A DNA stretch of 59,123 nucleotides, from contig CAYTBU010000001.1 of NCBI GenBank assembly GCA_964436105.1, forward strand, positions 1-59,123. Direction: 5' to 3'. Under the pieces are notes generated by a model, which did not search any database, was not told the DNA's origin, and saw only the letters and a program-made list of their open reading frames with translations. Within the stretch, counting starts at the first letter, position 1. Each line of letters starts with the position of its first letter. Positions 27,914 through 36,534 of this stretch are shown here, piece by piece. Source of the DNA: an uncultured Rickettsiaceae bacterium (GTDB lineage Bacteria > Pseudomonadota > Alphaproteobacteria > Rickettsiales > Rickettsiaceae). The translations under genes and the position numbers were made by a program.

Positions 27914-28561
27914 ATGATGGCACAGATTATTACAATAGCACAACAAAAGGGAGGCGCTGGGAAAAGTACCGTTGCGGCGCATTTAGCTGTCGCTTTGTCT
28001 CAGCAGGGTAAAAGAGTCACGCTGATTGATATTGACCCTCAAGGAACTTTATCCAAATGGTATGGACTTCGTGAAGCAAAATTTGGCGCTGGCTATACCG
28101 GGCTTAATTTCGTGAGCATGAGTGGTTGGCGCGTTGGGGCATCTGTGTTCCAATATGAGAAAAACTCTGACTTTGTTATTATTGATTCCCCGCCACACAC
28201 CGATACGGAAGCAAAGAGTGCGATTAGGGCGGCAAACTTAGTTATCGTGCCAATGCAGCCAAGCCCAACTGATTTATGGGCAACAAAGGCAACAATAGAT
28301 TTTGCTAAAGCCTCGAATAAACAGGTAAAAGTATTGCTTAATCGTTATAATCCAAATTCAAGAATGGGACGTGAAATCGCCGCAGAAATGGATGATGTAA
28401 TGGAAGGGTATTTTGGTAATAGAGTGCTGTTTAGCTCGTGTTTATTGCAAGGCAAATGCGTTACTGAAACTGATCCTCATTCACAAGCCTCAAAAGAAGT
28501 TAAGGCAACGCTAAGTGAAGTTATGAGTTTACTGAAGGTGGATGAACTAGTTGATGCTTAA
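27914..28561 (+). CDS. ParA/MinD-superfamily ATPase (orphan; no parB-like partner in the window)
   Basis: 215 aa. Deviant Walker A QQKGGAGKST and Walker B-like FVIIDSPP. The size and layout resemble small plasmid-type or VirC1-type ParA proteins. Confidence 0.8.
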   Translation: MMAQIITIAQQKGGAGKSTVAAHLAVALSQQGKRVTLIDIDPQGTLSKWYGLREAKFGAGYTGLNFVSMSGWRVGASVFQYEKNSDFVIIDSPPHTDTEAKSAIRAANLVIVPMQPSPTDLWATKATIDFAKASNKQVKVLLNRYNPNSRMGREIAAEMDDVMEGYFGNRVLFSSCLLQGKCVTETDPHSQASKEVKATLSEVMSLLKVDELVDA

Positions 28562-28566
28562 AATAT

Positions 28567-28798
28567 CGTCATGACGAGGCGCTAAATAGCACCGTGGTCA
28601 TCGGTTTTTGTTCCGCCCCGTCATCATGAGCGAACATTCGGTTCGCGTAATGATCCAGATTTATTTTGTCTGGATAACTACGTCGCTTACATCTCATCGT
28701 TATGACGAGGTTTTTTTGGACACTGACTCTAAAAAATATTATAACATATTTGAGATTTACAATTGCCACGTCAGCTAAAATAACCTCCTCGCAATGAC
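28567..28798. repeat. Composite RPE-like cluster (family A arms with a family B element nested at ~28616..28710)
   Basis: Outer arms CGTCATGACGAGGCG..CCGTGGTCATCGG and AATTGCCACGTCAGC..CCTCCTCGCAATGAC. Inner element CCCCGTCATCATGAGCGAACATTCGGTTCGCGTAATGATCCAG...CTGGATAACTACGTCGC..CTCATCGTTATGACGAGG. This cluster generates the spurious track ORF 28569..28769. Confidence 0.8.
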
Positions 28799-28811
28799 AA
28801 TATTTTTAACC

Positions 28812-29882
28812 TTAACTTACCGCTTCTGCTAATCTATTCGCTTCGTCAGTAGCAATTAGTGCTTCGATAAATTCATCTAGCTGTCCGGTTAATACTGCTT
28901 CGATCTTATAGAGCGTTAGATTTATTCTATGATCACTAACGCGCCCTTGTGGGAAGTTATAGGTGCGAATTCTTTCGCTGCGATCGCCAGAACCAACTTG
29001 CTCTTTTCTTGAAGCAGAACGATCGTTTTGCATTTTTTGACGCTCAGCGTCATAGATACGTGAGCGTAATATTTTTAGCGCTTTGGCTTTGTTTTTGTGC
29101 TGAGATTTCTCATCCTGTTGACAGACGACTACCCCCGTTGGAATATGCGTAATACGCACTGCAGAATCGGTAGTATTGACGTGTTGCCCACCGGCACCAG
29201 ACGCGCGGTAAGTATCAATTCTTATGTCTTTATCTTCAATTATGATATCAACTTCTTCCGCTTCTGGTAGAACAGCAACAGTAGCAGCAGAAGTATGTAT
29301 GCGCCCGCTTGATTCAGTGTTCGGAACACGTTGCACCCTATGTACGCCAGATTCAAATTTAAGGCGCATGAAGGCACCATAGCCACTGATTAAAGCTGAA
29401 GCTTCCTTATAGCCACCAATGCCAGTGTCAGAGATTGAGAGAATCTCAAAACGCCATCCTTTGAGATCAGCATAGCGGTGATACATATTAAATAGCTCTG
29501 CCGCAAAAAGCGCAGCTTCTTCGCCACCCGTGCCAGCGCGTACTTCAATGATAGCATTTTTCGCATCGGCTTCATCTTTTGGCAGTAGCGCAATTTTTAT
29601 TGCATGTTCATATTTAGGCATCTGGCCTAGCAAACTATGGAATTCTTGCTCTGCCATTTCTAGCATATCTGGATCGTTTGTCTTGTCAGATAAAATAGTT
29701 TTTAAATCAGCTAGCTCATTTTTCGCAGCATGATAAATATTGATTTTTTCGACTATTGTTTCAAGCTCAGAGAATTCTTTAGAGAGTTTGACAAATTCTT
29801 CTCCCATAATACCAGATGATAGTTTATCTGATAATTCAGCATGTTTGGTTAAGATTTTGGTTAGATTATTTTCAAAACTCAT
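28812..29882 (-). CDS. prfA: Peptide chain release factor 1
   Basis: 356 aa. GGQHVN motif and the P-x-T tripeptide region [17 protein letters not shown]. Confidence 0.96.
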   Translation of the reverse strand: MSFENNLTKILTKHAELSDKLSSGIMGEEFVKLSKEFSELETIVEKINIYHAAKNELADLKTILSDKTNDPDMLEMAEQEFHSLLGQMPKYEHAIKIALLPKDEADAKNAIIEVRAGTGGEEAALFAAELFNMYHRYADLKGWRFEILSISDTGIGGYKEASALISGYGAFMRLKFESGVHRVQRVPNTESSGRIHTSAATVAVLPEAEEVDIIIEDKDIRIDTYRASGAGGQHVNTTDSAVRITHIPTGVVVCQQDEKSQHKNKAKALKILRSRIYDAERQKMQNDRSASRKEQVGSGDRSERIRTYNFPQGRVSDHRINLTLYKIEAVLTGQLDEFIEALIATDEANRLAEAVS

Positions 29883-29899
29883 ATTTCTTTCTGCTTACT

Positions 29900-32416
29900 T
29901 TATTGTTTAATATTTTGATTATCTTTAATTACAGCTTGCGCTGCACTTAGGCGTGCTATCGGTACGCGGTAAGGGGAGCAAGAGATGTAATTCATCCCAA
30001 GTTTATAGAAAAATTCTATGGATGATGGGTCGCCGCCATGTTCACCACAAATGCCTATTTTTAAATCTGGTTTTATTTTACGCCCACGTTTAATGGCTAT
30101 CTGAATTAATTCCCCAACACCATCTTGATCTATTTTTGTGAAAGGATCGTTAGGTAGAATTTTCTGGGCCAAATATTGAGGAATAAATGATGCTACGTCG
30201 TCTCTAGAAATTCCATAAGTAGTTTGAGTAAGGTCGTTAGTGCCAAAGCTAAAATAATCAGCAAAAGGAGCAATTTTATCCGACCTTAGAGCGGCTCTTG
30301 GTAGTTCTATCATCGTACCAATTTGATATTTAACTTTGTCACCTAATTTCTCCTCGATCGTAGTAATCACATTGATTGCTAGATTGCGTAAATTCGCTAA
30401 TTCGAGTTCATGAGCAATGAGTGGTATCATGATTTCAATATCACTATCTATATTTGTTTCATGTTTTAATTCAATCGCAGCAGTAACGATTGCTTCTACT
30501 TGCATGGCATAAATTTGTGGGTAACTTATGCCAAGACGGCAACCACGATGGCCAAGCATAGGGTTGACTTCATGGAGAGCGTGTAGGCGTTGATTTATTA
30601 CTTCGATTGGTAGTTGTAATGCTTCAGCTAAGGCTATTTTTTCCTTTTCGCCTTGAGGTAAGAATTCATGCAAAGGTGGATCAATTAAACGTATGTTAAT
30701 TGGCATTCCAGAGATGTTGTGAAAAAGATCTTTGAAATCTTCTTTGTGAAGAGGGAGTAGTTTATCAAGCGCATTTTGACGTAATGTCTCATTAGGTGCT
30801 ACTATCATTTCGCGCATTAGAGCGATTTTATTTACCTCAAAGAACATATGTTCTGTGCGGCAAAGACCGACACCTTTCGCACCAAGCCTTAAAGCGGTAG
30901 TAACGTCACTGACGGTTTCTGCATTAGCGCGGATCTCCATAGTTCTGATTTCATCTGCCCAAGACATTAAAATATTAAAGTTTTCTGAAAACTCTGGGGT
31001 GATGGTAGGAACTGAACCTTGAAAGATTTGACCGCTATCACCATCGATAGTGATGGTTTCACCTTTTTTGATAATGGTTTGGCCGATATGTAATAGGCCA
31101 GCTATTTCATCTATTTTTATTTCACTTGCTCCGCACACACAAGGTTTACCCATACCTCTTGCTACTACCGCTGCATGCGATGTCATCCCTCCACGAGCAG
31201 TAAGAATACCAGCCGATACATGCATACCAGTTATATCCTCTGGACTGGTATCGTTCCTGACTAGAATAACTTTATGGTGATGAGATAATTCTTCGGCATC
31301 ATAGGGAGAGAATACCACTATTCCGCTTGCAGCCCCAGGAGAGGCTGGTAATCCTTGTGATAAAGCTTCTAGCTTGCAATTAGGATCTATACTAGCATGG
31401 AGCATTTGGCCCAAAGATTCAGCATCTACTCTACTAATGGCGTCTTCTTTAGTGATTTTACCTTCGCTTACCATATCGACTGCAATTGTAATAGCAGCAC
31501 TAGCCGTGCGTTTTCCAGACCTTGTTTGTAATATATATAGTTTACTATTCTCAATAGTAAACTCAATGTCTTGCATATCAGCATAATGATTTTCTAATAA
31601 TGCACAAATCTTCTCAAGCTCATGGTAAATATCTGGCATTGTTTCATATAGAGACTTCCCAGGGTGTTTTTTTGTTGGTGAAATTGGCATAGGGGTTCTG
31701 ATGCCAGAGACCACATCTTCGCCTTGTGCATTCAATAAAAATTCACCATATAAAGCTTTTTTCCCTGATGATGGATTGCGCGTAAATAACACGCCTGTAC
31801 CCGAAGTATCACCCATATTTCCAAAAACCATAGCTTGCACATTTACTGCTGTGCCATGTTCATCTGAGATATGATTAATTTTGCGATATGCAATGGCTCG
31901 TGGGCTCATCCAAGAATCTATAACTGCTTTGATGGCGAAAATAAGTTGTGCTTTGAGATTGCTGCTCCCATGTCCTACTAACTTATTATAGCTTTCGGTA
32001 AAACGATGCAAAGTATTATCGGCAAATTTAGGATTGTTAGTAAGGTGCCCTAAATGCTGCGCGACCTCTTTATTGATGCCAAGATTCAGGATCGTATCCA
32101 TCATACCGGGCATTGATGCAACGGCGCCAGAACGAATAGATAATAACAATGGTATTGCCCCATCACTAGCGCCAAATATTTTGTTGGTTTTAGCTTCTAG
32201 GCGAGCAATTGCTTCTTCTAGTTCCGCTTCAAAGGTTTCAGGAAACTTACCATTACTGGTATGATATGCTTTGCAAAGATCGGTAGTAATAGTAAATCCA
32301 GGTGGAACATTGAGGGATAAATTCGACATTTCAGCCAGGCCAGCGCCTTTGTTACCAAGTAGTTGTTTATTCGCTGAAGTTGATCCGAAATCATGGATAT
32401 ATTTAAGAGTTGGCAT
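29900..32416 (-). CDS. ppdK: Pyruvate, phosphate dikinase
   Basis: Phosphohistidine loop GGMTSHAAVVARG, LGNKGAGLAEM and the C-terminal PEP-utilising GICGEHGGDP. The track start at 32434 is a TTG inside the cmk 3' end. The ATG at 32416 (MPTLKYIHDFGS...) lies 4 nt after the cmk stop, so I prefer it. Confidence 0.92.
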   Translation of the reverse strand: MPTLKYIHDFGSTSANKQLLGNKGAGLAEMSNLSLNVPPGFTITTDLCKAYHTSNGKFPETFEAELEEAIARLEAKTNKIFGASDGAIPLLLSIRSGAVASMPGMMDTILNLGINKEVAQHLGHLTNNPKFADNTLHRFTESYNKLVGHGSSNLKAQLIFAIKAVIDSWMSPRAIAYRKINHISDEHGTAVNVQAMVFGNMGDTSGTGVLFTRNPSSGKKALYGEFLLNAQGEDVVSGIRTPMPISPTKKHPGKSLYETMPDIYHELEKICALLENHYADMQDIEFTIENSKLYILQTRSGKRTASAAITIAVDMVSEGKITKEDAISRVDAESLGQMLHASIDPNCKLEALSQGLPASPGAASGIVVFSPYDAEELSHHHKVILVRNDTSPEDITGMHVSAGILTARGGMTSHAAVVARGMGKPCVCGASEIKIDEIAGLLHIGQTIIKKGETITIDGDSGQIFQGSVPTITPEFSENFNILMSWADEIRTMEIRANAETVSDVTTALRLGAKGVGLCRTEHMFFEVNKIALMREMIVAPNETLRQNALDKLLPLHKEDFKDLFHNISGMPINIRLIDPPLHEFLPQGEKEKIALAEALQLPIEVINQRLHALHEVNPMLGHRGCRLGISYPQIYAMQVEAIVTAAIELKHETNIDSDIEIMIPLIAHELELANLRNLAINVITTIEEKLGDKVKYQIGTMIELPRAALRSDKIAPFADYFSFGTNDLTQTTYGISRDDVASFIPQYLAQKILPNDPFTKIDQDGVGELIQIAIKRGRKIKPDLKIGICGEHGGDPSSIEFFYKLGMNYISCSPYRVPIARLSAAQAVIKDNQNIKQ

Positions 32417-32420
32417 AAAT

Positions 32421-33089
32421 TTATCTATTATCAATTTGTTGTAATATTAATGTAATGACTTCTTCTATCGTTAGGGAAGAGGTGTCGATAATAATTGCAT
32501 CTTCTGCTGGTTTTAGAGGAGAACTGCTGCGATTTTGATCTCTCTCATCACGTTCTCTTAAATTACGGAGCACTTCATCTATAGTGACGTCTCTGCCACT
32601 TGAAACGAGTTGCTTAAATCTTCTTTCCGCTCTAATTTCATCATTTGCTGTTATGTAAAGTTTAAAATCAGCATCAGGGGCAATGGTGGTGCCAATATCC
32701 CGTCCTTCCATTACAACGCGCTTGTGATTGAGGATAAAATTACGCTGGATAGGATATAGATTTTGTCTTACTTCTGGTATGGCTGCAATGATTGAGGTCA
32801 TTTGCGTTACATCCTCGGTGTATAAATCTTTAGAGTTCGTTAGATCCAGATTTTGTTCTTTTGATAGTAGGACGATGTGCTTAATATCGTCTGATTTAAT
32901 ATGGTTTTCGATTGCTTTTAGAGCAAGAGAGCGGTAAAAAATGCTAGTTTGACAGTGAAGGAAAGAAAATTTTGTAGCAAGCAAATTAGCGATGGTCCCC
33001 TTGCCAGATGCAGCTGTGCCATCTATTGCAATTATGCATCGTTGACTTATGTCGTGAAATCTTTTGCTTAAAGAAGGCAATTGTACCAT
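32421..33089 (-). CDS. cmk: Cytidylate kinase
   Basis: 222 aa. P-loop IAIDGTAASGKGT and the EGRDIGT block. Confidence 0.9.
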   Translation of the reverse strand: MVQLPSLSKRFHDISQRCIIAIDGTAASGKGTIANLLATKFSFLHCQTSIFYRSLALKAIENHIKSDDIKHIVLLSKEQNLDLTNSKDLYTEDVTQMTSIIAAIPEVRQNLYPIQRNFILNHKRVVMEGRDIGTTIAPDADFKLYITANDEIRAERRFKQLVSSGRDVTIDEVLRNLRERDERDQNRSSSPLKPAEDAIIIDTSSLTIEEVITLILQQIDNR

Positions 33090-33090
33090 C

Positions 33091-33615
33091 CTATGCTTTT
33101 GGGACTAAAATCATTAATATTTGCTTGCCTTCCATTCTAGGCTCTAATTCTACTTTTGCAATTTCTTCAACGGCAGAGATGATGCGTGGGAATAGAGCTT
33201 TTCCTATTTCATTATGGACAATTTCACGTCCTCTAAACCACATTGACACACGAACTTTGTCGCCATCTTCAAGGAATTTTTTGATATTACGGACTTTGAT
33301 TTCGAAATCACCTTGTCCGATATTGGGGCGGAATTTAATCTCTTTTATAGATACGACTTTTTGCTTCTTGCGTGATTCTTGCAGACGTTTCTTGCTTTCA
33401 TATTTATATTTGCCAAAGTCCATAATTTTACAGACTGGTGGCTCCGCTTGAGGAGAAATTTCTACTAGATCTAGATGAGCTTGCGACGCTGCATATAATG
33501 CTTCAGCGAGTTTTACAACTCCTACCATTTCACCATCTGCATCAACAAGGCGTACTTGAGGCGCTCTGATTTCCTTATTAGCTCTAGGAAATTTACTGTT
33601 ACGATTCTCAGAAAT
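33091..33615 (-). CDS. infC: Translation initiation factor IF-3 (predicted non-canonical ATT start)
   Basis: The track ORF starts at the internal Met at 33528, but the frame stays open upstream to 33636. That stretch encodes ...[28 protein letters not shown], which matches the conserved IF-3 N-terminus. ATT at 33615-33613 lies 7 nt after GGAG (33626-33623). Confidence 0.8.
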   Translation of the reverse strand: MSENRNSKFPRANKEIRAPQVRLVDADGEMVGVVKLAEALYAASQAHLDLVEISPQAEPPVCKIMDFGKYKYESKKRLQESRKKQKVVSIKEIKFRPNIGQGDFEIKVRNIKKFLEDGDKVRVSMWFRGREIVHNEIGKALFPRIISAVEEIAKVELEPRMEGKQILMILVPKA

Positions 33616-33688
33616 AGTCTTACTCCATTTTATTGGTTATTGTTATTTACCAGGCCTTCAGGGCTGGAAGTATTATACAAATTGATAC

Positions 33689-33781
33689 CGTCATAGCGAG
33701 GAAGGGCATCAGCAGGGCGTGGCCATCCAGTTCATTTATTTTTCTGGATTGCCACGGAGCTAACGCTCCTCTAAGGTGACG
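33689..33781. repeat. RPE-like repeat, family A, short variant (~93 bp, central segment missing)
   Basis: CGTCATAGCGAGGAAGGGCATCAGCAGGGCGTGGCCATCCAG-TTCATTTATTTTT-CTGGATTGCCACGGAGCTAACGCTCCTCTAAGGTGACG. Confidence 0.85.
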
Positions 33782-33793
33782 AAAATCTTATTC

Positions 33794-35692
33794 TTACTTC
33801 TCGTGACTTTGAACAAATGAGATTAATTCCTCAACTTTCATAGTTTTTTGTTCCTCAGAACCCAAAGTACGAATTGTTACTGTTCCATCTTCTGCTTCTT
33901 TCTTGCCAATTACTGCAATTAGAGGCACCTTTTGGTTGGATAAATTTCGTATCTTATAATTAATCTTTTCTGAAGAATTGTCAAGCTCGGCCCGAATTCC
34001 AGACGCAACTAAGCGGTCAAATACTTCTTTAGCTGTAGCATCCGCATCATTAGTTACTGTGATAATAGCAACTTGCACGGGGGCCAGCCACAATGGGAAT
34101 TTACCCGCATATTCTTCGATTAAGATTCCAATGAAGCGTTCGAAAGTACCAATTACTGCTCTATGGAGCATTACTGGGCGTTTTTTCTCGCCACCTTGAG
34201 CGATATAATTTGCATCTAAACGTTCTGGCATCACAAAGTCCACCTGCAAGGTGCCGCATTGCCATCTGCGTCCGATCGCATCTTTAAGATGGAACTCAAG
34301 TTTTGGGCCATAGAATGCACCATCGCCAGGGTTTAGTGTATATTCAAGACCAGCAGCTGCAACAGCATCTTTCAGTGCATTTTCAGCCTTATCCCAAGTT
34401 TCATCTGTTCCAGCTCTGACTTCAGGGCGATCAGAGAATTTAATTTCTACCGATTCAAAACCAAAGTCCTTGTATATTTCTAGCAACAATTTGCAGAAAC
34501 TTACAGTCTCAGAAGTGATTTGATCTTCGCTGCAGAAAATATGAGCATCATCTTGAACAAAACCACGTACGCGCATTAGGCCGTGTAGGCCTCCAGATGA
34601 TTCATTCCTATGACAACAACCAAATTCGGCCATACGCAAAGGCAAATCGCGATAGCTTTTGATGCCCTGATTAAAGATCTGGATATGGCAAGGACAATTC
34701 ATTGGTTTAATTGCCAGCACTTGATCTTCATTATGCACTGCAAACATATTATCGCCAAATTTTTCCCAATGGCCAGAAGCTTCCCATAGGCTTTTGTCTA
34801 CGAGGATTGGCGTTTTTACTTCTTTATAGCCATATTGGCTTATTTTATCGCGAATATATTTTTCAATCCTGCGATAAATAGTCCAGCCCTTCTCGTGCCA
34901 GAACACCATACCTTGAGCTTCTTCTTGAATATGAAATAATTCTAGCTCTTTGCCAAGACGTCTATGGTCACGTTTTTCAGCCTCTTCTAGCATGAAGAGA
35001 TGTTGATCAAGTTGCTCTTTAGTTGCCCAGGCGGTACCATATATACGTTGTAGCATTGCGTTTTTGCTATCACCACGCCAATAAGCGCCGGCAACTTTCA
35101 TTAATTTGAAATGCTTTACATGCCTTGTTGATGGGGCATGAGGTCCGCGGCAGAGATCAATGAAATTGCCTTGGCGATATAATGAGATATCCTCGCCAGC
35201 AGGGATTGATTCAATGATTTCAGCTTTATAAAATTCACCAATGCTTTTAAAAAACACAATCGCATCTTCGCGCTTCCAGACTTCACGAGTTATTTGCTCA
35301 TCACGCTTGATGATCTCGAGCATTTTTTTCTCTATGGTCGCTAGATCGTCAGAACTGAACGGTACTTCGCGGACAAAATCATAATAAAAACCATTTTCAA
35401 TCGCTGGGCCAATAGTTACTTGTACTTCTGGCCAGATCTCTTTTACTGCTTCGGCAATAATATGTGCGGCATCATGGCGGATGATCTCAAGTGCCTCTGG
35501 ATCTTTTGGGGTGATGATTTTAAGGTTACTATTTTCTGTGATTGGTAGTGCCAAATCTCTTTCCTGCCCGTTCAAAACAATGGCTAAAGCGTCTTTGGCT
35601 AGCGACATGGAGATGCTAGCGGCTACTTCAGCGCCAGTAATGCCAGAATTGAATTCTCTTATAGAACCATCAGGGAAAGTAAGTTTGATCAT
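33794..35692 (-). CDS. thrS: Threonine--tRNA ligase
   Basis: TGS-domain start [14 protein letters not shown] (ATG at 35692; the track ORF extends to 35755). Class II motifs and Zn ligands (MNCPCH, DDAHIF) are present, with an anticodon-binding C-terminus. Confidence 0.93.
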   Translation of the reverse strand: MIKLTFPDGSIREFNSGITGAEVAASISMSLAKDALAIVLNGQERDLALPITENSNLKIITPKDPEALEIIRHDAAHIIAEAVKEIWPEVQVTIGPAIENGFYYDFVREVPFSSDDLATIEKKMLEIIKRDEQITREVWKREDAIVFFKSIGEFYKAEIIESIPAGEDISLYRQGNFIDLCRGPHAPSTRHVKHFKLMKVAGAYWRGDSKNAMLQRIYGTAWATKEQLDQHLFMLEEAEKRDHRRLGKELELFHIQEEAQGMVFWHEKGWTIYRRIEKYIRDKISQYGYKEVKTPILVDKSLWEASGHWEKFGDNMFAVHNEDQVLAIKPMNCPCHIQIFNQGIKSYRDLPLRMAEFGCCHRNESSGGLHGLMRVRGFVQDDAHIFCSEDQITSETVSFCKLLLEIYKDFGFESVEIKFSDRPEVRAGTDETWDKAENALKDAVAAAGLEYTLNPGDGAFYGPKLEFHLKDAIGRRWQCGTLQVDFVMPERLDANYIAQGGEKKRPVMLHRAVIGTFERFIGILIEEYAGKFPLWLAPVQVAIITVTNDADATAKEVFDRLVASGIRAELDNSSEKINYKIRNLSNQKVPLIAVIGKKEAEDGTVTIRTLGSEEQKTMKVEELISFVQSHEK

Positions 35693-35961
35693 TTGTTTTA
35701 GATAATTAGTATTATTCATCGGAGGATAATCTAGCAGATTTTTATAAATAATCAAATGAAACTCAATTTCTAAGAGTGATTTTATTGTTAAAACTTGGCT
35801 CAGCTCCTAATCGCCATATGTACACTCTGCTGCTAATGATTTGATTGTCACGTTATGTTCACAATAATTATGCTTTATAGCCTTTGATTGCTTTATTATC
35901 TTGCGTTTGTTTTATCTATGTCAGTAAATATATATCTAATGTTTAGAGGCAGAGAGAATTA

Positions 35962-36528
35962 ATGACAGGATTAGAGATTGGTGCTATTGCAACTATGGTA
36001 ACTGTAGGTGCTGCTATATTTGGTTTGCAGGCTTGGAAATGTAGTCGAAATAGCCAAGTCGAGGAAAGTAAAGATAATTTTGTTCTCGATTTAGAGGAAT
36101 GTACTATTGAGGGTGGTAAAGTTACGATCAAAGGTTTACATGTTCAGGCTAATGAATTAGATAAAGCCAAGAGTAAGGATAATCAGGTGGATGGATCCAT
36201 AGGGGATAAAGATGTCTCTCTTGCTGCGCTGCGTACTATAGGGGGGGGAGGCGTGGCGTCGATTTCTGCAAATGCTGTTGGTGCTGTTAACATGGCTACG
36301 TCCTTTATGCCTTCTTCTCCTCAGCATAGTCATGAATCTTTGCTGCCAGCGTCGGGCCCTCAAAGCACTCATATAGTGGCCAGTAATAATGCCTTACTGG
36401 AGGATTTTGCAAATGTTTTATTAGGGTTTATGACTAAGTATACTTCAGAACACCTGTCAGCACTTCAAGCGAATGGGGCTACCACTCCTTTGTTAGGCGA
36501 AGGTACTGTTGAAGGTGAAGGGGTGTAG
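35962..36528 (+). CDS. Hypothetical membrane-anchored protein (contains a G8 homopolymer tract)
   Basis: 188 aa. N-terminal TM helix (GLEIGAIATMVTVGAAIFGLQAW), then a Gly/Ala/Ser-rich sequence that matches no family I recognise. It ends 6 nt before the next gene. Confidence 0.55.
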   Translation: MTGLEIGAIATMVTVGAAIFGLQAWKCSRNSQVEESKDNFVLDLEECTIEGGKVTIKGLHVQANELDKAKSKDNQVDGSIGDKDVSLAALRTIGGGGVASISANAVGAVNMATSFMPSSPQHSHESLLPASGPQSTHIVASNNALLEDFANVLLGFMTKYTSEHLSALQANGATTPLLGEGTVEGEGV

Positions 36529-36534
36529 ACTATC

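Noticed and set aside
29900-32416. PpdK appears about 35-40 aa shorter than typical PPDKs, in the region after ...HRFTESYNKLVG
   Set aside because: The reading frame is continuous and all catalytic blocks are present. Without an alignment I cannot tell a lineage-specific deletion from normal variation, so I did not report it as a pseudogene or a finding.
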